IMG/VR virus record: IMGVR_UViG_3300021387_000110
Coordinates: 3,130 to 67,129 of that record
Source of the DNA: a virus
Taxonomy: Duplodnaviria; Caudoviricetes
Length of the DNA stretch: 64,000 nucleotides
Reading direction: 5' to 3' (one strand)
Positions 45,336 to 55,200 of the stretch are shown here, one piece after another (within the stretch, counting starts at the first letter, position 1; each line of letters starts with the position of its first letter). The notes beneath the pieces were generated by a model that did no database searches, was not told the DNA's origin, and was given only the letters and a program-made list of their open reading frames with translations. The position numbers and the translations under genes are program-made.

Positions 45336-45638
45336 TTAGTCGTCCCCCTTGCCGGTAATCTGGCGGATTGTCTGTATCAATTTATCATATCCAACCATAG
45401 CGCCAATCCAAGAGAAAATGACGAGCAGTATGCTTGCCACGATATATGTGGTATCCACAGGAATGCCTGTGAAAACAGCATACACGATAGCCGTAATTAC
45501 AGCTACAATGATGGAGCAGATTGCGGCAATCACGTTAGGATTGGACTTCTCGCCAATCATTTTCTTTACCGCCTCAGTCACGAGAGCGGTGAAAGCAGAA
45601 CAGATGGTAATACCAAGGATAAAGACTGTAATAGTCAT
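45336..45638 (-). CDS. Holin (three TM segments)
   Basis: Hydrophobic 100 aa between endolysin and CHAP-like gene; AMVGYDK motif. Confidence 0.8.
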   Translation of the reverse strand: MTITVFILGITICSAFTALVTEAVKKMIGEKSNPNVIAAICSIIVAVITAIVYAVFTGIPVDTTYIVASILLVIFSWIGAMVGYDKLIQTIRQITGKGDD

Positions 45639-45651
45639 TGTTAGCCTCCTG

Positions 45652-46449
45652 TTATATCTTGGTGCAGTAGTCAAGGGCAATCCAGCCTGCGCCAGATTTG
45701 AGCTTACCCCACTTCTTAGCGCCTGTGCCTGTGGACTCCTGCACGATGGTGTATGCGCCCGGCTTGATATAGCCTACACGACCATAGTTTGTACCGGGAC
45801 CTTTGCGGATGTTGAGGTCTGAAATCTTCACACGAACAAGATACGGCTTGAACGTGCTGGGTGTACTCGGCTTTGCAGGAGTACTGGGAGTAGTGGAAGA
45901 AGAACTGCCGAGCTGTTTGTTTACCTCTTTCGCAATAGCGCCGTGGCGACTATACAGATAGTCTCCGGGGCAGCTCTTGTTGGCAAACCAACGATGAACG
46001 GTCATAAGGAGCTCGTCCGACTTCGGCTTGTACGCCAGAGCCTTTGCCTTGTCGGCAATCCATACGAGCTTTTTCTTTTTGTTCCTCTTGCAGATGTCGA
46101 CCAGGAGCTTGATAAGCGCCTTGTATGCGGCGTCTTTAACAGCATACGGGTCGTAAGTGTCGGATGCAACTTCAATCGTGATGGCACGGTTGTCGTTGTC
46201 ATAGCTGGACGTACACCAGGAACGCTGGCTCTCAGGCACATACTGACCAATCTTGCCGTCATAACCGACGCCATAGTTGGAGCTTGCCTCAAAGCTGGCG
46301 TTGCCGAACAGGTTGCCCAGCGTTTCTGCGGAGCACTGCCCTACAACACAGTGGACAGATACACGGGTGAGCGGATATACACGCTTACCAGAGTTGTTGG
46401 GGGAGTAGTGAACTACCGAAACGAGAGAACTATCCGCCTTCATCTTCAT
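45652..46449 (-). CDS. Endolysin: Amidase_2 + SH3-like binding domain
   Basis: SVHCVVG, ASSNY, ITIEVA, TVHRWFANKSCPG; Ser/Thr/Pro linker; LNIRKGPG...AGWIALDY. Confidence 0.92.
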   Translation of the reverse strand: MKMKADSSLVSVVHYSPNNSGKRVYPLTRVSVHCVVGQCSAETLGNLFGNASFEASSNYGVGYDGKIGQYVPESQRSWCTSSYDNDNRAITIEVASDTYDPYAVKDAAYKALIKLLVDICKRNKKKKLVWIADKAKALAYKPKSDELLMTVHRWFANKSCPGDYLYSRHGAIAKEVNKQLGSSSSTTPSTPAKPSTPSTFKPYLVRVKISDLNIRKGPGTNYGRVGYIKPGAYTIVQESTGTGAKKWGKLKSGAGWIALDYCTKI

Positions 46450-46528
46450 CGTCCCCCTTTGCATCCTGAAATTCTTTGATGGTGTCCTCAGAAACACCTT
46501 CAAGCTCTAAGAGCTTTTCCTTGTCCAT
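46430..46528 (-). CDS. 32-aa acidic peptide overlapping endolysin start (not in ORF track)
   Basis: AGGAGG RBS; MDKEKLLELEGVSEDTIKEFQDAKGDDEDEGG. Confidence 0.6.
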   Translation of the reverse strand: MDKEKLLELEGVSEDTIKEFQDAKGDDEDEGG

Positions 46529-46546
46529 AGTTATCCTCCTTTATGA

Positions 46547-46960
46547 TTATGTCATTGTCATTGTGAGCTGGTTAGGTCTCAGCAACGGCACCTGACCATT
46601 TGCCGGAGTTACGCCACCGCCACTAATTTGACCGTAAGCGAGCAAGTCACTTCCATCACCTTTCGGAGTGAGGGAATCGAACAACAGAATGTAACGACAT
46701 AATCCCCAACCGTTGGTATCTGTTACCTCAGGAAAGTAAATAGTCTGTTCATTCTTTGTTGAACCTGACGCCGCAGTTGACATAGCGGTGTTATTCAGGA
46801 CGGCTCTACCGTAGCCCTCCTTATTTGTGATTTCATTAGTCGTACATCCATCATCCTGAAGATTGCTCGGTTGAGCGGATGCAAGACCAAGGTACAGAGT
46901 GGCAGATTTGCCATTTAACTGCTGTAAAAACTGATTAGCCTTAATCGGTGTTAACGGCAT
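46547..46960 (-). CDS. Tail-associated protein, paralog of 47096-47539
   Basis: LYLGL...GYGRA...IYFPE...GWG...LFDS...LLAYG. Confidence 0.75.
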   Translation of the reverse strand: MPLTPIKANQFLQQLNGKSATLYLGLASAQPSNLQDDGCTTNEITNKEGYGRAVLNNTAMSTAASGSTKNEQTIYFPEVTDTNGWGLCRYILLFDSLTPKGDGSDLLAYGQISGGGVTPANGQVPLLRPNQLTMTMT

Positions 46961-47075
46961 TGTCTTTCTCCTCCTTTTCCGCAAGCTCTTTGCGAAGGTC
47001 TTCCGCACTCACACATTCGAGAGTACATTCAACCTGCACATCGGCGAAATTTGTGTCCTGAAAAATTGACGGCAT
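46941..47075 (-). CDS. 44-aa acidic peptide (not in ORF track)
   Basis: AGGAGG RBS; MPSIFQDTNFADVQVECTLECVSAEDLRKELAEKEE. Confidence 0.55.
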   Translation of the reverse strand: MPSIFQDTNFADVQVECTLECVSAEDLRKELAEKEEKDNAVNTD

Positions 47076-47095
47076 AGTATTGTCCTCCTTTTATA

Positions 47096-47539
47096 TTATG
47101 TGACCACAGGGTCAATCTTCATCACGAAATTGTCCTTGCGGAACATCGGCACGTAATTCTGCTGAACTGTGACTGCCTGTGTAAGGTTACCGTAGAACAG
47201 AGGATTGCCTCCGCTCTCGGAGCTGAACAAGCCCCAACCAACTACGGCTGTCCAGTTTGACGTAGCCTCAGGGAAATAGATGATGTCATTGTTAGTGGCA
47301 ACCAACTCACCGCCGAGGTCAGTCTTAACAGTCATAATGTTATTAGAGGACTGATAGTTACCGAGAAATGCTCTCTTATAACCAGCGGCGCTGTCAGGCT
47401 CATTATAGCCAGAGCCGTCAGCGTTTGCAGGAAGAGAAGTGAGCAAGCCAAGATAACAGGTAGGCAAAAGGGTATTACTCTGCGATTTGCCGAAAATCAT
47501 ATTAAACAGATTTGTCTTGGCAACAGTAGAAAGAGCCAT
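47096..47539 (-). CDS. Tail-associated protein
   Basis: CYLGL...GYKRA...IIYFPEAT..W...LFSS...LFYG. Confidence 0.75.
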   Translation of the reverse strand: MALSTVAKTNLFNMIFGKSQSNTLLPTCYLGLLTSLPANADGSGYNEPDSAAGYKRAFLGNYQSSNNIMTVKTDLGGELVATNNDIIYFPEATSNWTAVVGWGLFSSESGGNPLFYGNLTQAVTVQQNYVPMFRKDNFVMKIDPVVT

Positions 47540-47552
47540 AATAAAATCTCCT

Positions 47553-49826
47553 TTATAGTGGTGTAAATTCTTTATCATCGGATGTGAAGAATTGCATACC
47601 GTCCGATGTAATAAACATATCGCCTTTGAATTCCATATTGAAGGTAGTGACTTCAAAGATATTCGCCGAAGTTACTATATCATTACCGTCAGCATCCAGG
47701 AAGATGTCGCCGTCAGAGGTATAGAAAGTACCAACTGTATCAGCCGGAGGTGATAAGTAGAAAGCTCGTCTACGAACAGGAGCCTCTACCTCAGTAACGA
47801 AAGTCATAAAGGTAGACACGTTGAACATTTGACCAATCGTGTACTCTAACTCACCAGTACCTTCGACAAACAGAGTAGCAAATGCCTGTATCGTTTCGAG
47901 GTTCATTTCCTCTAACTCTGCGGTAACTGCTTCTCGAATAGTCGTTAATGCCTCCATATGCATAAAACGATTACTCGCACAATTTGCCAGAACTAAAATG
48001 ATATAGCCAGTTTCAGCTTCGGCAGGCACACCTCTACAAATACGGCCCGAGGCAAGATAGTCGGTAAGTATAACAGTTTCAGCCTCTGTAGGAGCACTTT
48101 TATCATCACCGTTACTATTGGCATTGGTGAATACATTTATTGCACCGATTGCCTCCATCGCAGCCGCTTGACGGAATTGAATGTCAAGGATATTTTCAAA
48201 GGTAATTGTAGCCTGTACTATCAGGTCTAAATACTGATGGTCACCCATATCAGCGATATTCTCTGTAATAATAGAGGTATCAATTTCAGGATGAACAGCA
48301 TAATTACTCTTGGCGAGAGCTTGGAAATCTGACCTAATAACTCCTGTACCTGATAATTCTTCTGACATAAGAGGAGTGAAGAATACCTCAAATTCCGTAG
48401 TCAAATACGGACGAGCTGTCATCGGTGTCTCAGGTAAGTCTACCAAAGTAGGAGTAGGCACAATCGAAAACGAGGTAGATACTGAAAGCTCAACGTATCG
48501 GGTCAAAACTTCTAACTCGGGTTCACACTCAATAGAAAAGTCTGTGAAGGTTTTCCACAATTCTACTCTATTGGCTGAACTCATTTCAATTTTATTATAC
48601 GATAATTCAAACCGTAAGTCAATAGTATCTAACACATTTCCTTGTAAGGCTACAACATTATTTTCAACGGAGCTGTGAAAATCAAATACAATAGGTTCAG
48701 TAAATACACTACCAGCGTCTATGCACTCTAATCCCACATTATCCATACTAAGACTACCTGTAATAGATGACTTCGGAATAGAGGCTGACGAAATCGTTTC
48801 TATACCAGAAACAGATACCGAAGTAGCCTCACTTATCGAGGTAGTAATATGCGTAGCGGCAGCCTGATGAAACGTGTATGACCAATCAAAATGTCCTGTA
48901 ATTGTAGCGGCGTTAATAGGCCCAGGAGGAGCATAATCAAATTCGCCCATCCAAATCTCTACGTCAGCGTCCTCTACAATATACTGGTACATTTCAATAT
49001 CGCAGGCGTCAGGTAATCTAAACTCACCTGTCGTCATATCAAACACTTTGAGCCAGTCCTCGTCAACCTCAATGTCACTTGGGTTAATCTGCTCAAATGC
49101 ACCACTGATGACAAACGGCATAGGAATATTCGTGTCGTTAATACGGTAAGTATCAGCTATACGCATATTGGCAGATAAGCCAAGAAGATTGGTCAATGCA
49201 AAAGTAGCCGTGAATTGAGCTTGAGGTTGGTCACACCAATAGTTGATAGCCTTAACAAGGGCGAGAATATAAGAGCCTTTTACAGGAGTACCTGGAGCAA
49301 TCTCTACGCCTTCTTCCTCCCACGGCCATTCCCACGTTGCTGGAAGAGTTACAAGAGCGTTCACAAGAAGGTTGAACTTGTACGCATACAAGGCGTGTCC
49401 TAAATTCTTATGTTTCTCCATTCCGCCGTAGCCATCTTTTGAAACATAGCCAGGTTCTTCACTACTGATATAGGCACTTATTGGATTTTGGATTTCATTA
49501 CTACGTTCACGGTTAAGCCATTCTGTAGGAGAAATACCAAAGTCCTGCTGTAACTCTACAATCTTATCAACGAGGTCATTCCACACACGCTGATTAAAAT
49601 TGGTAGTCTTTGTATATCCTGTAAGTGCGGCATACGCAGCCTGAACTTGTGCCTGCGTAGCGTGGAAATAAAGAGGAGGAAATACCTGTCTTTGAGAATA
49701 CTCTCCATCAGGCACCCAGTGGTAATCTTTGTAGTCCTCTCGACCCTCTTCCATAGACTGAGCTACGGTGGCGATATGAACGGTACTGGGATTTGCAGTA
49801 TTCCAATTCCACTTACTTACTGCCAT
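47553..49826 (-). CDS. Large acidic tail/baseplate protein
   Basis: 757 aa in tail operon; WNW...VWNDLVDK N-terminal motif; C-terminal TSDG repeats. Confidence 0.7.
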   Translation of the reverse strand: MAVSKWNWNTANPSTVHIATVAQSMEEGREDYKDYHWVPDGEYSQRQVFPPLYFHATQAQVQAAYAALTGYTKTTNFNQRVWNDLVDKIVELQQDFGISPTEWLNRERSNEIQNPISAYISSEEPGYVSKDGYGGMEKHKNLGHALYAYKFNLLVNALVTLPATWEWPWEEEGVEIAPGTPVKGSYILALVKAINYWCDQPQAQFTATFALTNLLGLSANMRIADTYRINDTNIPMPFVISGAFEQINPSDIEVDEDWLKVFDMTTGEFRLPDACDIEMYQYIVEDADVEIWMGEFDYAPPGPINAATITGHFDWSYTFHQAAATHITTSISEATSVSVSGIETISSASIPKSSITGSLSMDNVGLECIDAGSVFTEPIVFDFHSSVENNVVALQGNVLDTIDLRFELSYNKIEMSSANRVELWKTFTDFSIECEPELEVLTRYVELSVSTSFSIVPTPTLVDLPETPMTARPYLTTEFEVFFTPLMSEELSGTGVIRSDFQALAKSNYAVHPEIDTSIITENIADMGDHQYLDLIVQATITFENILDIQFRQAAAMEAIGAINVFTNANSNGDDKSAPTEAETVILTDYLASGRICRGVPAEAETGYIILVLANCASNRFMHMEALTTIREAVTAELEEMNLETIQAFATLFVEGTGELEYTIGQMFNVSTFMTFVTEVEAPVRRRAFYLSPPADTVGTFYTSDGDIFLDADGNDIVTSANIFEVTTFNMEFKGDMFITSDGMQFFTSDDKEFTPL

Positions 49827-49830
49827 AATA

Positions 49831-51684
49831 TCACCCGAACCTTGCTATAATGTTATCATCATCGGCAATAGCATAACGAGTGCCGTTCACATACCTGTAA
49901 ATATTATTATCATCAAAGTTAATAAAAATACCTAAACTGTTCTGTGCAGAAATGCCGTTATATGAACCTATCCAAATGCCGTTATATTCGCTGTCGTGAT
50001 AACGCTGGATAATAGCATTTTGGTTAGACTGTAATCCTGTAATCTCTAAGCTGACCCAAGGAACTGTGACGTTATTTGCAGTCGATTGACCGAGGATAAT
50101 CCTACAATCTTCACCTTCACCGAGATGGACTTCCATCTGATTATCCTTCATTTCGGTATAACACTTAGTAGTGGTAATGAGCTTATCGAAAGGAATAATC
50201 TTATGAACATTCAACTTATCGGTTCTGACGTGGTCACCACCAATAGTAGTTGTGCCCAATTCTGTACGAACTTCAAGACCGTCAATAGTACCCTCAATGC
50301 GAGTTGTTCTACCATCAATGCTGCCAACCTCTAAATGAAGGCCGTCAACATCTTGGGTAAGTTTAGAATACTTACCGTTAAGTACCATCACATCATTGGC
50401 AGCCGAGGCTTTGTTATTCAGCGTTTGACCGTGAGCAGGACTTTCAATAGTCTGGTTGATAAGGAGTGAGCCTGACATAGACTGCACAAATACAAAATGG
50501 TATGAAGTGGCCCCGCCTCTAACTACGGCAATTTTATCACCGAGCTTCAAAGTTTCACCGCTAATAATCATAGGTATTTCAGCGGGCGTATAACGAATAC
50601 GCTCTATGTAAGGCTGTATAACATCAAGCACCGTTTTCAGCATATTAACAGGTGAAGCCTGAAGATTGAGCAAGAATACATTACCTGAAATAGGATAAGG
50701 GTTGGTGTTGTTCAAAGCTGGCTCCATCTGTGTAATGGTATCAGAGGTAGAATAGATAGCAAAGCCTGTAGGCTGGTCTGTAATGTAATCTGCAAAGTCG
50801 GCGTCATTGGTATCAAAGACATCCGTCACATCATATACGACCTGATTTTCTACGCCCAGAAGAATGAACTCAATATAGCCTCCGAGGAACTTTTCGTTCT
50901 CGTCAAAGACGACCTCTCTGCTGACGTTAGCACAACAGCACTGTAACTCACCTATCATCTTAATGAGGGTGGAGAATGGAGCCCTTTCAAACGGAGGAGC
51001 TGCCAACAGAGGAGTTGTCGATAATACAGGATTACCACCATAGAGAAGAGGTACAAACGTGTCAACATTGTTTTGCTTAACGATTTTACCCCATACACCA
51101 TTCTGAATAATCATCTTGGAGGTATCCCACGGGTCAGCTTCTGCCGGGTTAATATTTATCATAATGGCACCATCGTTAGGCAGGGGAGCTATACTTTCAG
51201 GCAGAGCAAAGCCGACAGCTTCACATACCATATTACGAACATCCTTCAATGCCGCAGTTGTTCTACCTGACCAGAAAGACGCCCATTGGGCGGCTACGTC
51301 TGCATTACGGACAAAGTACATTTTGTCATAGGCAATAATATCACGGTAACCGCCCTTATTGTTAGTCTTTGCGGACTCTATGGTACCAGCAAATACAGGC
51401 CACGCAGATACGATAACACCATTTTCCTCATACTCATTATAGCAGTAAATACCATAACCAGTAACGTCAAAGTCCAGACCGTAAATCTGGACTTCAAACT
51501 GGTTGGCATTGGATGCTCCCAACTCAAGGTCATCTGCACATAAGGATTCTTCGACTTTAAGACTATTCTCGGAGATACCATAACCCTCAGCTTCACCGAT
51601 AACTAAGTCATTACCAAACTCGTCAACAACGGCATTACCTTGCGGGTCATATAATTTGATTTTGAAATATCTCTGAATATCCAT
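49831..51684 (-). CDS. Tail tip / baseplate hub (Tal-like) protein
   Basis: Position after distal tail gene; SLKVEESLC...ELGASNANQFEV, IIAYDKMY motifs. Confidence 0.75.
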   Translation of the reverse strand: MDIQRYFKIKLYDPQGNAVVDEFGNDLVIGEAEGYGISENSLKVEESLCADDLELGASNANQFEVQIYGLDFDVTGYGIYCYNEYEENGVIVSAWPVFAGTIESAKTNNKGGYRDIIAYDKMYFVRNADVAAQWASFWSGRTTAALKDVRNMVCEAVGFALPESIAPLPNDGAIMININPAEADPWDTSKMIIQNGVWGKIVKQNNVDTFVPLLYGGNPVLSTTPLLAAPPFERAPFSTLIKMIGELQCCCANVSREVVFDENEKFLGGYIEFILLGVENQVVYDVTDVFDTNDADFADYITDQPTGFAIYSTSDTITQMEPALNNTNPYPISGNVFLLNLQASPVNMLKTVLDVIQPYIERIRYTPAEIPMIISGETLKLGDKIAVVRGGATSYHFVFVQSMSGSLLINQTIESPAHGQTLNNKASAANDVMVLNGKYSKLTQDVDGLHLEVGSIDGRTTRIEGTIDGLEVRTELGTTTIGGDHVRTDKLNVHKIIPFDKLITTTKCYTEMKDNQMEVHLGEGEDCRIILGQSTANNVTVPWVSLEITGLQSNQNAIIQRYHDSEYNGIWIGSYNGISAQNSLGIFINFDDNNIYRYVNGTRYAIADDDNIIARFG

Positions 51685-51694
51685 AGCCGACTCC

Positions 51695-52195
51695 TTAATA
51701 CTGAATTAACTCGAATTTGAGCTTACCGTATATAATATCTACATAGGTATCATTGGTGTTGTTTATCCGCACAGGTGTACGGATAATCTGCTTAATTGGA
51801 AATGCCATATTAGGCCTGTAAAAATATCCTGTGCTATAATCTCCCATTTCTTCATTCCAAAATACTAACTTTATTTTACGCTCGTCGGTATTGGATTCGT
51901 GAGAAATGAAAAAGCTCTTAATGGCATTCACATCAGCCAGATGGAGATTTTCTCTGGTCTCAAAAGAGAACACGGACTTTCTACCCATTGCCGTAACTCT
52001 CGTTAAATCACGGGTATTATCGTCACGATATGCCTTGATTTCTTCACGCTGATTAGGTGTAGAATTCCAGGACTCTAAATTTATATAATTTTCAGGAAAC
52101 CATAGAACTGCGTTGTTAGGGTCTACCCAGCCAAAGAGGTGACCTAAAAACTGGGTAGACACATAATTACCGGAAGTATTTTTAGTTACTGCCAT
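51695..52195 (-). CDS. Distal tail protein (putative)
   Basis: Directly after tape measure; YRDDNTRDLTR...KFELIQY. Confidence 0.65.
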   Translation of the reverse strand: MAVTKNTSGNYVSTQFLGHLFGWVDPNNAVLWFPENYINLESWNSTPNQREEIKAYRDDNTRDLTRVTAMGRKSVFSFETRENLHLADVNAIKSFFISHESNTDERKIKLVFWNEEMGDYSTGYFYRPNMAFPIKQIIRTPVRINNTNDTYVDIIYGKLKFELIQY

Positions 52196-52207
52196 CGTTA
52201 TAACTCC

Positions 52208-55200
52208 TTATCCATAAACAACTGATTTACCAGTTTGCTTATAACGCTTCTCATTTTCATCCCAAACAACTCTGGCAATAACTTTACCATCAAGCTGTAA
52301 TACGATAGGCTCGTGATTACTTCCACCAAACTGTGCGAGAACCTCAGCAAGTGCCAGCTTGATAGTTTCAAGCGGAGCCTCTACGTTGGTACCAGATTTC
52401 TGGTCACCGAGAGTTGCGAGGAATTCTTTGTTCGGGGGAATTACAGCACCTTTAGCAAGACGAGGAATAGTAATGCCATTGAGATAGCCAACATTGAAGG
52501 AGAACCTCTGACCGCCTACATTCGGTACATAGCTCGGAATATCAAATGACAGACTGTTGAGGGCTCTGGAGATTTCATTGACAGAACGGATAACAGCATT
52601 TGCAAGTCCTTCAAAGAGGCCTATCATACCATTTACCATCGCCTTAGCTCCACTAAACATAGAGCCAAAGATACCTCCATTACCGCCTGAACTTGAGGTA
52701 GCTCCTTGGAATGCGCCCATCAACTTCTTGTACTGATTGATAAGCGAAGTCGCGGTCTTAATCACAGGATTTATCTTCTGTAATTCGGTATTGAGCTTAT
52801 TGAAATCGGCATATAATGCACGAACCTGTAAACACAATATCCAGACAGGACGACCCTTGAATATAGCGATTATCTGACCCACAACGGAACCGATATTCTT
52901 AATAGAACTGGAGTTAGCATAGTCACCTACGGCGTCTACAAAATCCTCCATATACGTTTCAAAGTTGGTCATATTACGTTCAAAACCAGGAAGAACCTTA
53001 TTGAACTCAATAAGTACCTTCGCTAATTCTGTCATACGCTTCGCCACAACAATGAGGGAATTGCAGAACTCAATAGCGGAATTTTTGATATGCCGTAACA
53101 TATCTGTACCACTATCAATCGCAAGATAAGCGAGACCAAAACTACCGATTGTGATTGCACCGAGAACAGCACAAACTTCGGCAATCTTAATCAGTATATT
53201 AGTACCAGCGGAGATACCCTTAGCGATTGTACTGCCGTTTTTCAACACAGGTTTCCACGCTTTGCCAATCTTATCAAGACCCTGGCCTACTACAATGATT
53301 TCAGCGATAAATAAGATTGCAGCCTTACCAATCTGCTCTAACATACTTGTGCCAAGAGCGATTGCGAGAGGTAGTAAGCCGACACTTGCAATAGCGGCAA
53401 CACCGAGAACAGCACACGCCGCACCAATGCCAATCAGTATGTTAGTACCAACCTTGATTGCGGTAGCGATAGTATTTCCGTGAGCAATTACAGGTTTCCA
53501 CGCCGCGTCAAGCTGATTAAGAGCTTTACCGATTACCCAAATCTCTGCGATAAACAGTACCGCCGCAACGCCAACCTCAATTAGCATAGCAGTACCCAAA
53601 GCAATAGCGAGAGGTAATAAGCCACACGAAGCTACGGCAGCTACACCGAGCAGGGCACATACAACACCGATACCTACTAAAATAACGGTACCTAAGCCGA
53701 TAGCGGTTGCGATTGTTGCACCGTTGTCTAATACAGGCTGCCAGGCTTGTCCTATCTGGTTTAAGCCCCAACCGATTGCCCAAATCTCTGCTAAGAACAG
53801 GGCAGCGGCTGCGCCTATCAATGCGAGCATAGCAACACCGAGAGCAATCTGTACAATGAGAGAGGTACCAACTTGACCGAGTAAAGCACACGCAACTCCT
53901 ATTGCTACGAGTATTGCAGTACCTAAACCAAATGCAATAATGGCAGTTTGTCCGTTTTCAAGAACCGGCTGCCACGCTGTTACAACCTGCTGTAACAGGA
54001 GACCGAGTCCCCAAATGGCGGCGACTACGAGGCCAGCCGCAACAGCAACCTCAGCTATGATGACAATACCTAAAGCGAGGTTCTTAACAAGGGATTTCAG
54101 TTTGCCCGTCAACTTTGATGTGCCTGTATTAGCAGTATCGACGGTAGAGCTTGCCTCTTCCATTGTCGCACTTGCGGCATCCCCACCGCTATTCTTGCCT
54201 CCGACTTTCGGTATCTTATTCAGGAAACCGGTAATATTCGAGGCAAAAGTAGATACTTTCTTAATGACTGCACTACCAAGCAAAATTGCACCAAGCACAG
54301 TAGCAAGGGTAGCACTAACGGGATCCTTACCCATCCATCCCATCAAGCCATCAGCGATAGCTTTCAGAATAGCCCAAGCAAGTTGACTAAGGTCAAGCAC
54401 TAACTGTCCCCAGTCAATACTTGATAAGAAAGTACCAATCGCTTCACCAACCTCTGTCCAATTGACGTTGGTAAGAGCGGTAATCAACATTGTAAGAATG
54501 CCGTGGGCAATCTTAAACAACGACTGACCTAACTTCGTCCAGCCACTCAAACCTTCAGGGTCAACCTCAGACATCATAGTGAGGAAAGTATTTACAGCAT
54601 TTGAGATAGCGGTACCAATCTGCTCAAAGTTGAGATTGGAAACGAAATTATATACCAAATTAATGGCAGTTAAGAAAACACCTGCAATAGTAGCACCGAT
54701 GGATTCACCGAGGCCCTCAGTAGAAAATACCTCATTCACTAAAGCTGCCAAACCTTTGGCAAATGCTGAAACTGCCTGAATGATAGTTTTCCAGTCAATA
54801 TCTGTAAAGAGCTTGACAATAGACCTGCCGAGCTTTTGACCAATCTCTTTCCACTTAATGCGGGTTGAGAAACTTAACAGAGCCCGACCTACGCCGTTCA
54901 CTAAACCAGTTATTGTACTAATTATAGCATTTACATCCAGATTGTCAATAAAACCGGTGATGAAATCGGCGATTTTTTCACCAACCTGTTTCCAGTTGAT
55001 GTTATTAACAAGACCAGAGGCAAACTGCCAGAACGCACTATATAAAGCAGAAAGTGCCGCGCCTATCTTCTTGGCGTCAAGGAGCCGTAACAGCTCATTT
55101 ATGACCTCAGCAACTTTCTTACCGATGTCTTTGAGGTTAAGACCTTTGAAAAATGTAATGATACTGTTCGCCAGCCGATTGACAAAATTGGCAACCTTCG

